Assembly: GCA_043736295.1 (NCBI GenBank)
Contig: JAYTCW010000164.1
Location: 223 to 64,222 of the forward strand
Reading direction: 5' to 3'
DNA from: Planctomycetota bacterium
GTDB taxonomy: Bacteria; Planctomycetota; Planctomycetia; Planctomycetales; Planctomycetaceae
Length of the DNA stretch: 64,000 bases
Below are positions 36,249 through 45,160 of the stretch, piece by piece. Below the pieces are notes generated by a model. The model did not search any database. It was given only the letters and a program-made list of their open reading frames with translations, and had not been told where the DNA came from. The translations under genes and the position numbers were made by a program. Position 1 is the first letter of the stretch. Every line of letters starts with the position of its first letter.

Positions 36249-38660
36249 TCAATCCTTGAACACGAACTCCGGTGTGTTCAACAGTGCCCACAGCAGGTCT
36301 TCGCCGGCTCCGCGCCGATTGGCGATCTTCTCGAACAGTTCCACGCCGATGCGGGTCTCCTCGGCATCGGGCAGGCGGCTGTAGCAGGCGAGGTACAACT
36401 CCTCGACGATCTGGGGCGGCGTGAGCATGCTCTCGGCCATGACGTGTGGCAGACTGCCATCGCTCATTAGCTTGTTGGCGATCTGATTCGAGTTCATCAG
36501 GTGCAGAGCCTGGACCACGGTGGTCTCACTGGTCCGCTCGCAGGGAGGATCTTGATTCGGGTCAGGGCGTCCAAACGTGTCGAGTGACAGCGAATCGATG
36601 CGGTGAGTCCAGATCTCCTTGGAGAGAGAACCGGGGGCCATCGCCTCGAAATTGTCGGGCTGCCTGGAGAGACGGGAGACCGAGTCAACGAGTACCTCCC
36701 CCCGCAGTCGCTGACGATAATGCCGGGAGAAGTTACGAGTATCGGCGATGTTACGGTCGGTCGGGACGGAACTGAGTCCGTACGCCGACGAGGTCGCGAT
36801 GCGGCGGATCAGCTGTTTGACGTTGAAGCCATTGTCCGCAAAGTCTTGTCCCAGAGCGGCGAGCAGCGCGGGATTCGAGGCGGGATTGGTGGCCCGCAAG
36901 TCGTCGACCGGTTCGACGAGCCCGCGTCCCATCAGATCGGCCCACACGCGGTTCGACATCGTCTGAGCGAAGAAGGGATTCTCTTTCGAGGTGATCCAAG
37001 CGGCCAGTGAGACGCGCGGGTCGCCGCCTTCGGGAATCGCGGGTGCGGTGCCGAACAGCGGCTTCGGTGGCAGTACCTCGCCGGTGATCGGATGCGTGAC
37101 CTGCCCGCTGGTGCCCGTGAAGATGAACTCCTCCGAACCCGAGATTGGGGCCGAGATGCCGGTCCCCTTGCGACCGATCTTGGCGAAGTACGCTCCGAAG
37201 CTGTAGTAGTCGGCCTGGCTGTACGACTCGAACGGGTGCTGGTGGCACTTGGCACACTCCAGCCGAATCCCGAGGAACAGCTGGCTGGTGATGGTGGTCA
37301 GCTCGTCGGGCTGACGGCGATCTCGATAATAAGTGGTATTGCCGTTGCGGAAGGTGCTGCCCTGAGCGGTCAGCAACTCGCGGACGAACTGGTCGTACGG
37401 CTTATTCTTGCGGAAGTTGTCGCGAATCCACAGATCATAATTCCGCGTGGCCTTGATCCCGACATGGTAGGGGTTGGGACGCAGCAGATCGGCCCACTTG
37501 TTGGCCCAATTCTCGGCGTACTCGGGTCGGGCGAGGAGTTCGTCAACGAGTCGATCCCGTTTGTCGGCAGAGGCATCGTTGAGGAATCGCCGGGCCTCGT
37601 CCACCGTCGGCAACTGGCCGATGATGTCGACATAGACCCGCCGCAGATACTTCTCGTCGGAAGCCAAGGCGGACGGAGTCACACGCAGCCGCTCCCAGCC
37701 GGAAGCGACATGGTCATCGATAAAGTTCCGGCGGGGGAATGCGGCGACCAAGGCGGGGTCGAAGTCACCGGTCAGCGGAACAGCAACACGGTGGACGGCG
37801 AACCGTCCTTGATAGCGGGCCATGATGGCCGCCTCGCCCATGATCCCGGTCGCGGTGGTCAGACCGCGCGGGTCGACCCCAATGACGCCCGCTTCGTTGC
37901 TTTGATACGTCGAGAGTGCGGTTACGTCTCGCGTTGTGCCATCGGCATAGTGAGCAGTCACTGCCAGTTGCTGCGAGGTTCCACCGGTCATAATCCGGCC
38001 AGCGGGTTCGACGGTCACGTTGGTCAGGGCTGGGGATTCAGGCTGGCGGCGAGGAGTGCCAGCTGTGATCCAATCTCGCAGTAACTGATACTCCGGCCCC
38101 GTTGTTGCCAGTCGCACGCCGCCACCATGTGGCACCTGCCCGGCAGGTTTGCGGAGCAGCAGGCTAGCCGCCGGATTACTGGGAACCAAGCGTCGACCGC
38201 GAGCCTCCTTGGTCAGTGAATCGAAATCGAAGTCCGAATCGAAACCGAGCAGCGACAGCTGGAACCCATTCTGCCCACGCGCCTTTCCGTGACAAGGCCC
38301 CGTGTTGCAGCCCGAGTGGTTGAGAATCGGCTGGATGTCGCGCTGGAAGTCGATCGGGCGGGGAGCGAGGTCGCCGACCTCCACGAGTTGGGTGGTGCGT
38401 TGGTCGCCGACCTGAACCGAGATATTCGCCCGTCCCGTGCCGGTCGCCGTGACCACTCCCCGGTCGTTGACGGTTGCGATCCCCAGATTGTCGGAGGAGT
38501 AGTTGGCCGCGCGGGTCTCGTCCTGAATCTGCCCGGTTGTTTCGAGTGAGACAAGCAGTTGTTGTCTCTGCCGGTCGGCGTTCAGCGACACCGTCTCGGG
38601 CCAGATGTGCAGTCCGTCAGCGGCCTGAGCGTGCGTGCCGCCCAGCAAAAGGGTCACCAA
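36249..38660 (-). CDS. DUF1549 (PSCyt2) / DUF1553 (PSD1) protein with N-terminal Ig-like domain
   Basis: CNTGPCHGKARGQNGFQLSLLGFD (PSCyt-like); ECAKCHQHPFESYSQADYYSF; C-terminal ALLNTPEFVFKD. It has the canonical pairing with the downstream DUF1501 gene. The start is problematic (see findings). Confidence 0.85.
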   Translation of the reverse strand: MVTLLLGGTHAQAADGLHIWPETVSLNADRQRQQLLVSLETTGQIQDETRAANYSSDNLGIATVNDRGVVTATGTGRANISVQVGDQRTTQLVEVGDLAPRPIDFQRDIQPILNHSGCNTGPCHGKARGQNGFQLSLLGFDSDFDFDSLTKEARGRRLVPSNPAASLLLRKPAGQVPHGGGVRLATTGPEYQLLRDWITAGTPRRQPESPALTNVTVEPAGRIMTGGTSQQLAVTAHYADGTTRDVTALSTYQSNEAGVIGVDPRGLTTATGIMGEAAIMARYQGRFAVHRVAVPLTGDFDPALVAAFPRRNFIDDHVASGWERLRVTPSALASDEKYLRRVYVDIIGQLPTVDEARRFLNDASADKRDRLVDELLARPEYAENWANKWADLLRPNPYHVGIKATRNYDLWIRDNFRKNKPYDQFVRELLTAQGSTFRNGNTTYYRDRRQPDELTTITSQLFLGIRLECAKCHQHPFESYSQADYYSFGAYFAKIGRKGTGISAPISGSEEFIFTGTSGQVTHPITGEVLPPKPLFGTAPAIPEGGDPRVSLAAWITSKENPFFAQTMSNRVWADLMGRGLVEPVDDLRATNPASNPALLAALGQDFADNGFNVKQLIRRIATSSAYGLSSVPTDRNIADTRNFSRHYRQRLRGEVLVDSVSRLSRQPDNFEAMAPGSLSKEIWTHRIDSLSLDTFGRPDPNQDPPCERTSETTVVQALHLMNSNQIANKLMSDGSLPHVMAESMLTPPQIVEELYLACYSRLPDAEETRIGVELFEKIANRRGAGEDLLWALLNTPEFVFKD

Positions 38661-38861
38661 AATGGCGAGGGACCAGCGAATGGGCAGGGCCTTTCGGGAG
38701 CGGACGAGCGCCAGGGCTGTCAGGCGGCAGGTGGGCGAATCGGTGGGATCGACGACACATTAGTTTAGCTTGATCGGTTCAGCGGAGGCAATCTCGCTGG
38801 GGAAAGTACGAGAGAAATGCGGGATGCGCTTTGAAACTGAGTCGTGTGCGTTGCAGAGACT

Positions 38862-38896
38862 CGCTCCGCTGCGAAGACTCCGCGTCGCGGCTAAAC
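38862..38896 (+). repeat. REP-like repeat copy 4
   Basis: CGCTCCGCTGCGAAGACTCCGCGTCGCGGCTAAAC, between the DUF1553 start and the EamA-like stop. Confidence 0.8.
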
Positions 38897-38919
38897 GGGG
38901 GTTTATTGCGAGACTCGCG

Positions 38920-39906
38920 TTACGGCTCTTCGGTGCCCAGAACGACCAGACTGGATATCGTCGTGAGTGTTCCGGCGAGCAGCCACCAGGTCGGCGGCTC
39001 GTGGAACATGAGGACGCCCATCAGTCCGCCCATGGCGGCCTGGCTCGCGTTGATGAGGTTCACCCGCACCACGGGCAGGTGACGCAGTGCCTCGGACACA
39101 GCGAAGAACCCGATGGCGTTCAAGATCCCCGCTGTCAATAAGGAGGCATAGCCCCCTCGGTCCAGCACCTGTGTCAGTGGCACCCAACCTTGATGAGCAA
39201 TCGCGATGAGAACCGGGCACATCCCGACCGTGGCCGAATAGCCGAGGACCACCGAGATCGGAATGCCGTGCCGGATCGAGCGCCTCACCACGACTCCCGA
39301 GATCGCAAAGCCGATCCCGCTCCCCAAGGCTGCAGCTGCGCCGAGGGCGGTGTCCTGCCAGCTCATCTGTGAGGACGCCGAGGCGGCGCGCGTCCCCTGA
39401 CTGAGCAACACCACTGCCAGCATCAGTAGTCCCATCGCAATGACCATGCGAGGGCGAATTGGGTCGCGCAAGACGATCCGTCCGAGGACCGCACTGGCGG
39501 AGATCAGCGACGCGAAGCAGAGCGGCACCGACAGTGCCAAGCCGGCCCGGCTGAGCCCGTACTGGAACAGCACGTTGCCGCAGAATTGCATCAACAATCC
39601 ATTGGCGATCAGCGTGAGCAGGATATCGCGCGGCGGCACGACCGAGACGCCGCGCCGCGCGAGATTGAGCATCAAAAAGCATCCCGCGACCGCCGTCGGC
39701 ATGACCTTCCACGAGGCGACCCACATGGCCCAATCGAGGTCGGTCCGCACCGCGACCTGCCGCAGACCCACGTTGGTGAAGCTGTAGCAGAGAGCGGCAA
39801 AGCTGCCGAGGAGCAGGCCCTGGTAAGCCGGGGGATAGGCCGCCCACCGCTCGCGCCAGCTCATCGGGCGAGGCTCGGCGGTTCCCGAACCCGGGGTGTC
39901 GGTCAT
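38920..39906 (-). CDS. DMT-superfamily (EamA-like) membrane transporter
   Basis: 328-aa ORF with about 10 hydrophobic segments and a two-halves architecture. I preferred it to the overlapping R/P/G-rich 351-aa frame. Confidence 0.7.
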   Translation of the reverse strand: MTDTPGSGTAEPRPMSWRERWAAYPPAYQGLLLGSFAALCYSFTNVGLRQVAVRTDLDWAMWVASWKVMPTAVAGCFLMLNLARRGVSVVPPRDILLTLIANGLLMQFCGNVLFQYGLSRAGLALSVPLCFASLISASAVLGRIVLRDPIRPRMVIAMGLLMLAVVLLSQGTRAASASSQMSWQDTALGAAAALGSGIGFAISGVVVRRSIRHGIPISVVLGYSATVGMCPVLIAIAHQGWVPLTQVLDRGGYASLLTAGILNAIGFFAVSEALRHLPVVRVNLINASQAAMGGLMGVLMFHEPPTWWLLAGTLTTISSLVVLGTEEP

Positions 39907-39979
39907 GCGTCCGCCTTGGTGAAATTCGGGAGGTGGGCCGAACCTCCGTGGCGATCACGACCGAGCAGCGTGCGAGTCA

Positions 39980-40564
39980 CTAGAAAAAGTCTCCGTCGAA
40001 CTGGAGATCGTCTTCCGTCAGCATCTCCATCCCCTTCTGTTTCAGGACGGTGATCGCCTGGTCGATGTTGTCCGCGTGGATGGCCACCGCGCGGCGTCCA
40101 CTGCGAACCTGCGGGATGCTGTAGATGTAGTGTACGTTGATTTCGGCACTCATCAGCGTTTGCAGGACTTCTGTGAACGGCTGGCTGGTTTCTGGCAGCT
40201 GAACACCGATGATATCGGTTTCCGTGAACGAGTGGCCACCCAGGGTGAGTACCTCTCGCGCGTGATCGACATGGTCAACCAGCAGCCGGGCAACGGCGAA
40301 ATCGACGGAGTCGACGACACTCAGGCTAGCCACTCGCAGGTCGTGCCGCTCCAGCTTCCGCAGCAGTTCATGCAGCTTGCCGACGCGGTTGGCCATGAAG
40401 ACGCAGAACTGATGCAGGCAGGGCCATTCCTGGCCACGCATCGTCTGCGGCTCGATGTTGTTCTCGTCATTGTCGCTGAATCCGTCTGGCATCCGTTTCC
40501 CTCCCGAGGCATCCGTGGTAGCTTCCGTTCTCGCGCGGGTGGGTCGCGGGATGCCTTGCCGCAT
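39980..40564 (-). CDS. ACT-domain-containing protein (two ACT-like modules)
   Basis: LHQFCVFMANRVGKLHELLRKLERHDLRVASLSV.. and FTEVLQTLMSAEINVHYIYS.. show beta-alpha-beta-beta-alpha-beta ACT-like patterns. The start may instead be ATG 40492. Confidence 0.5.
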   Translation of the reverse strand: MRQGIPRPTRARTEATTDASGGKRMPDGFSDNDENNIEPQTMRGQEWPCLHQFCVFMANRVGKLHELLRKLERHDLRVASLSVVDSVDFAVARLLVDHVDHAREVLTLGGHSFTETDIIGVQLPETSQPFTEVLQTLMSAEINVHYIYSIPQVRSGRRAVAIHADNIDQAITVLKQKGMEMLTEDDLQFDGDFF

Positions 40565-40758
40565 CTCTTCGCACCGCCAGCGTCATCTGAGTCTTGGATT
40601 ACCTGGCACGTAGTGTAGGGCATGGAGAATCCGAGGGTCAAACTGAGTTTCCGAGAGACCGCCAGAGGCGGGCGAGCCAGAGGGTGTCAGCCCCTGGACT
40701 CATTCGACATCCGCCAGACTCCGGGGGCTGACGCCGCCCGGCTCGCCAGAAGACAACA

Positions 40759-41364
40759 ATGATCCGCACGTTTTTGTTCGACATGGGCAATGTTCTGACC
40801 CGGTTCTCGCATGCCACGATGTGCCAGCAGATTGGCCTATTGTGCGATTTGAGCGGCGAGGCGACTCACGCGCTGCTGATCGATTCGGGCCTGCAATGGG
40901 AATTTGAACGCGGTCGAATCACCGAGGAGGAGTTCCGGGACCAGCTTTCGGAACTGGTGAGGAAGCCGCTCGACCTGGATGGGTTGAGGCGGGCCTCATC
41001 CGATATCTTCGATCCGATCACGGAGATGAAGCCGATCATTCGCAGCCTGAAGGAGCAAGGGTATCGGCTGGTGCTGTTGTCCAACACGACGGTGTCGCAC
41101 TTCGACTGGATCCAGGGGCGGTACGACTTTCTGCTCCCGTTCGATCATTGCATCGTGTCGTTCGAGGCCGGGGCCATGAAGCCCGATCCGCCGATCTACG
41201 AGGCAGCGCTGCAGGCGATCCACTGCGACCCCGGCGAGGCGTTCTACACCGACGACATTCCCGAGTACGTGGTGAAGGGGCGCGAGTACGGGTTCCAGGC
41301 GGAAGTATTCACCGGCCCGGAGGATTTGCTGCGGCACTTGGCCGCACGCGGGATTCGAGTGTAG
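40759..41364 (+). CDS. HAD-superfamily hydrolase (subfamily IA-like)
   Basis: FLFDMGNVL (motif I variant), LLSNT (motif II), and ...KPDPPIYEAAL...FYTDD (motifs III/IV). Confidence 0.75.
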   Translation: MIRTFLFDMGNVLTRFSHATMCQQIGLLCDLSGEATHALLIDSGLQWEFERGRITEEEFRDQLSELVRKPLDLDGLRRASSDIFDPITEMKPIIRSLKEQGYRLVLLSNTTVSHFDWIQGRYDFLLPFDHCIVSFEAGAMKPDPPIYEAALQAIHCDPGEAFYTDDIPEYVVKGREYGFQAEVFTGPEDLLRHLAARGIRV

Positions 41365-41386
41365 CGGGAGAGAACGCTCTCCGTGA

Positions 41387-41648
41387 GGCACGTTTCCGAC
41401 GTGCCCGTGCTTCGATGCGTGGCGAGATTCCCCGAGGAGGAAGGCCGCAAAAAACTCAAAAAACGCAAAAGGGGGACTCTTCCTTTTGCGTTTCTTGAGT
41501 TTTTTGCGGCCATCACTCCTCGACAACCTCGTCCTGGCTGCGGAACACAAGTCGCGGAGCGATGTCACCTACGAACTGCGAAGACCAGCCGGTACTCAGG
41601 ACACTCGCCCCTCGGTTGGCTGGGGCATGGGCACGTCGGAAACGTGCC
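41387..41648. repeat. Composite palindromic intergenic element: two inverted 19-nt mini-hairpins flanking a 30-bp-stem hairpin
   Basis: GGCACGTTTCCGACGTGCC (41387-41405) and its reverse complement GGCACGTCGGAAACGTGCC (41630-41648). The central hairpin is GGCCGCAAAAAACTCAAAAAACGCAAAAGG ... CCTTTTGCGTTTCTTGAGTTTTTTGCGGCC (41443-41511), with 29/30 positions paired. Confidence 0.8.
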
Positions 41649-41718
41649 CCACGTTGAACGGACTGGCCACTCGTTCGCCATCTCCGCTAGGATTCACTCG
41701 ACGGAATCGGGCACCACA

Positions 41719-42330
41719 ATGACCTCAGCGTCTGGGAGGGAGAGCGGCATGTCGAAAGCCTGGTACTACGAAGTCATGGGATCGGAACTCGGGCCGATCA
41801 GCTCCGCCGATCTGATCGATAGAGCCAAGCGTGGGCAGATTCAGCCCGACACGCGGGTCCGCTCCGGTCCCGAGGGGAAGTGGCAGTTTGCCGAGCGCGT
41901 GAAGGGGTTATTCCCGGCTCCGCCCGCTCCCGCGAAGCCGGTGGTTGTGCAAGTCCCACCGCCGCCAGTTCCACGCTCTGAGACGATTCCCTTGGCAGGC
42001 AGTCGGGACCATACCGGGGATAATGACAGAACCTACCACTTCACCGGAGACTCCTCGCACAGCCCGGCATCCCTATTTGCACCGAAAGCAGATCCCGAGG
42101 CCGAAGAGTACGACTTCTTCCAGTTCATCGGTTTCAGTCAAGCCATCACGCCCCAGCTCCATGACGTATTGCTGGCCTATGCCCGAACACACCAGCTGAG
42201 CCTGACGCAAGTCACCCGGCGGGCCTTAGCCGAGTTTCTGGGACGCAAGGACCTGGCGGAAGAGGCTCCCACCCCAGAGAAACCGCCCAACTCGGTCTCC
42301 GTCGACCACAACGCATCGCTTAGTGGATAG
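41719..42330 (+). CDS. GYF_2 (DUF4339) domain protein
   Basis: WYYEVMGSELGPISSADLIDRAKRGQIQPDTRVRSGPEGKWQFAERV is the GYF_2 pattern. Start is ATG 41719 or 41749. The ORF-track N-terminal extension is a translation of the repeat element. Confidence 0.55.
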   Translation: MTSASGRESGMSKAWYYEVMGSELGPISSADLIDRAKRGQIQPDTRVRSGPEGKWQFAERVKGLFPAPPAPAKPVVVQVPPPPVPRSETIPLAGSRDHTGDNDRTYHFTGDSSHSPASLFAPKADPEAEEYDFFQFIGFSQAITPQLHDVLLAYARTHQLSLTQVTRRALAEFLGRKDLAEEAPTPEKPPNSVSVDHNASLSG

Positions 42331-42437
42331 TACTTCACGCGAACTGGAATGAGTCATAGATGCCCCTCGCCAGAGGGCGGACACGCGAGCTGATTCGCCC
42401 ACTTTCTGGCGAAATGTGGCTACGTCGGTGAGGCCGA

Positions 42438-43850
42438 TCAGTGAGCGTTCCCGTGGAAGATGGTTCGGTTGATCCAGTCATTCCGGAACACTCGCTGCGG
42501 ATCAAGCGACTGGCACACCTGGCGGAACTCGGGCAGACGGGGATAAAGATCGACGACCTGCTCGGGTGTCAGCGGACAATGCTTTCCCCAGTGCGGGCGG
42601 CCACCAAACATCGCTGACAGGCAGTTCGACAGGCACTTTGCAAACCAGAAGAACCCCTCGCGCTGCGTCGGGTGGGCATAGCTGGTGAAACTGATGGCGT
42701 AATACGGTTCGTCATCACTGCTGGCCATGGAGAGCAGGGTGTCGTCCGGCAGAACCTTGCGGATGCAGACGAGATAGTTATAGATGAACTTCCCTGCTCC
42801 GGATTCGAGTTCCGCCAGCAATCCGAGCGATGACAAGCGGCTGCGGGTGGTTTCGCTCAAGGCGGCCGCCTCCCCGGCGAAATGCCTCAACAGCTCTTGC
42901 GAGAAGGCCAGCGACTCGGCCAGCACGGAGCGCTTCACGAACACTTCGATCTCGATATGCCGAAACAGCTCGTGTTCCATGACGAGTATTCTGTCGGACT
43001 GATCGACGACCTTCCAGCCGCGAATCACCGTCCAAGGGAGCAGGTGTCGGAAGAAGGTCCGGATCGCCCAGCGGCGATGAAGCACCCGCTCCATCAGCAA
43101 AATCACAAGGTGCATCCCGATGTCGAATGCCAGAAAGCAATACAAGCCATACAGCCAGGCGAGAGCGCTACGGGGAGCGTCCACTTCCCGACGATGCTGG
43201 CCCAGATAGTTCCACGACCACGGCAGTAGATAGAACTGTTGCAGAGGCGTGTTGACCTCTGCTCGCAAAACCTCCTCGAGTGTGGCGTGGCGAGCGAAAC
43301 ACTCTTCGACGTGGTATTGCGGTCGCGCCCAGAACCCGACGCTGAGAATCACTCCGACCGAACCCAGTGAGCAGCGAGCCGCCCGCAGTTCCGGTCCCTC
43401 GTTGATCGTGCGGATCATGGGTTCGCCAGTGACCGGGTCGTAGATCGCGATCCGCACTTCGTCCATGTAATGCGACAAGCTGTGCCTGCCCGATCCGTGA
43501 GTCCCCGTGGAGACGGCCCCGGCGATGGCCTGCTCGGTGATCAATCCCAGGGAAGGCGTCGTGAGGCCCTTCTGTTCTAAGTCCACTAATAGCTTCTTGA
43601 TCTGGCAACCGGCACCGGCGCGAGCCCAGACGCGGTCTTGCCGCTGCTCAGTGTCGACTTGGTTGAGGTGCCGCAGATCCAGCAACACCTCATCACTGCG
43701 GGCCACCTCGCTCCACGAGTGCAAACGACCGACCACCTTGATCCGCTGTCCCCGATGCCGAGAGAGGATCTCCAGGACTTCCGCCTCGGAGTGTGGGGTG
43801 TACTGGTGCGTAGGTTGAAAGGTGAGGTTGCCTCCGAAGTTCTGGATCAT
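42438..43850 (-). CDS. FAD-linked oxidase, D-arabinono-1,4-lactone / L-gulonolactone oxidase-like
   Basis: PCMH-type FAD-binding N-terminus (PHSEAEVLEILSRHRGQRIKVVGRLHSWS, TGTHGSG). ALO-like C-terminus (GGRPHWGK...DPQRVFRNDW). Confidence 0.75.
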   Translation of the reverse strand: MIQNFGGNLTFQPTHQYTPHSEAEVLEILSRHRGQRIKVVGRLHSWSEVARSDEVLLDLRHLNQVDTEQRQDRVWARAGAGCQIKKLLVDLEQKGLTTPSLGLITEQAIAGAVSTGTHGSGRHSLSHYMDEVRIAIYDPVTGEPMIRTINEGPELRAARCSLGSVGVILSVGFWARPQYHVEECFARHATLEEVLRAEVNTPLQQFYLLPWSWNYLGQHRREVDAPRSALAWLYGLYCFLAFDIGMHLVILLMERVLHRRWAIRTFFRHLLPWTVIRGWKVVDQSDRILVMEHELFRHIEIEVFVKRSVLAESLAFSQELLRHFAGEAAALSETTRSRLSSLGLLAELESGAGKFIYNYLVCIRKVLPDDTLLSMASSDDEPYYAISFTSYAHPTQREGFFWFAKCLSNCLSAMFGGRPHWGKHCPLTPEQVVDLYPRLPEFRQVCQSLDPQRVFRNDWINRTIFHGNAH

Positions 43851-43887
43851 GAGTTGCTCCTTGCTCGGAAATCACCACCTGCCCGAG

Positions 43888-43917
43888 AAAGCCCACCGGT
43901 TGCAACCGGTGGGCTTT
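43888..43917. terminator. Palindromic hairpin AAAGCCCACCGGTTGCAACCGGTGGGCTTT
   Basis: Lies between the stop at 43933 and the start at 43850 of two minus-strand genes. Same family as 28339 and 36208. Confidence 0.55.
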
Positions 43918-43932
43918 TGGGACTGTCACCCC

Positions 43933-44925
43933 TCAATTCACCACATTCCTCGCGGGCTTGCCGAGCAGTACGCCTCGGCAGTTCTGGCTGCCCTTGATCC
44001 GCATATCGTCGAGGCCCTCCTCCGCGTAGAAGGCCGAGTGCGGGTTGAGGATGATGCGGTCGTGGGCCAGAGTGCCGGGGGTCCGCCACGCGGCGATGAG
44101 CGGATCATTCTCGGCGGGCGGTTCCACTTCGAGAACATCGATCGCCGCCCCGCGCAGGTGTTCCGATTCGATGGCTGCCTGGACCGCATAGACATCGACG
44201 CAGCCGCCTCGCGCGGTGTTCACGAGGTACGCCCCCTTGGGCAGCATGGCGATCGTCTTGGCGTTGAGGATGTGCTGCGTCTCAGCGGTCCGGGGGCAGT
44301 GGACGCTGACAGCTGTCACGCGGGGCAGCATCTCTTCCAGTGTGTCACAGCGGGTGATGCCGATGGCCTTGTCCGTCCCGTCCGCAGCGTAGGGGTCGTA
44401 GAACAAGACGTTCAGTCCCAAAGCCTTGGCACGCAGAGCGGTCGCGGTGCCGATGCGGCCCAAGCCGATCAGCCCGATCGTCTGGCCACGCAGCCGGTGC
44501 AGCGGGCGGACCTGCTCGTAAATCCATGAGCCCTGCTCGTGTTGCAGGCGACTGTTCATGTAGTGAACGCCACGCATCAGCGTCAGCAGCATGGCGATGG
44601 CCGAGTCGGCGACCTCTTCGGTCCCATAGTCAGGGACGTTCGCGACCGCGATGCCCCGCTCCCGCGCTGCGGCTCGGTCGACGTTGTCGAAACCGACCCC
44701 GCAGCGGACGATCAGTTTGCACTTGTTGAGGCGTTCGATCGTTTGTCGCGTGATCGAGATGAAGTGGTAGAGCATGATCGCATCCGCCTCTTCGATTTTG
44801 CCGACGAGGTCTGCTTCACTGAAGGCATTGAGCGCGACCACATCAGCGATGTCCCCGAGGATTCGCTCTTCGTGGGTGAGAGGCGGATGGATGAAATCGG
44901 TGACGACAACGAGCGGACGCGACAT
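43933..44925 (-). CDS. D-isomer-specific 2-hydroxyacid dehydrogenase family protein (CtBP-like)
   Basis: Rossmann motif GLIGLGRIGTATALRAKALGLNVLFYDPY, plus a catalytic-region pattern ..NTARGG.VD... Confidence 0.75.
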   Translation of the reverse strand: MSRPLVVVTDFIHPPLTHEERILGDIADVVALNAFSEADLVGKIEEADAIMLYHFISITRQTIERLNKCKLIVRCGVGFDNVDRAAARERGIAVANVPDYGTEEVADSAIAMLLTLMRGVHYMNSRLQHEQGSWIYEQVRPLHRLRGQTIGLIGLGRIGTATALRAKALGLNVLFYDPYAADGTDKAIGITRCDTLEEMLPRVTAVSVHCPRTAETQHILNAKTIAMLPKGAYLVNTARGGCVDVYAVQAAIESEHLRGAAIDVLEVEPPAENDPLIAAWRTPGTLAHDRIILNPHSAFYAEEGLDDMRIKGSQNCRGVLLGKPARNVVN

Positions 44926-45160
44926 GGCGGGTGGGTCCAGGGTGGCTCAAGATTTCGGTGGAACGCATGGAGTCAGACAAGTGGCTCCGCAGACGACAGA
45001 CTCGGAGGTTCCAGGAACCGCGTCAAGCGTAACGCCTGCCCTTCTCTCATTCTGGAGAGCGACCTCGCCAGCCGCACTTGTTGGTGAGTTGTGATTCTGG
45101 AATACTCTATAACCACTCTTGTGGGCTCTTCGGCCAGCTGTGCATGAGGCAGGAGAACCG

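Noticed and set aside
38903-39958. 351-aa frame overlapping the EamA-like gene
   Set aside because: The product is Arg/Pro/Gly-rich with no TM segments. The 328-aa frame (38920-39906) gives a coherent 10-TM transporter.
41383-41718. N-terminal 112 aa of the 315-aa ORF preceding the GYF_2 domain
   Set aside because: This part is a translation of the palindromic repeat element; the same HGHVGNVPH peptide appears on both strands. A start at 41719 or 41749 is more credible.
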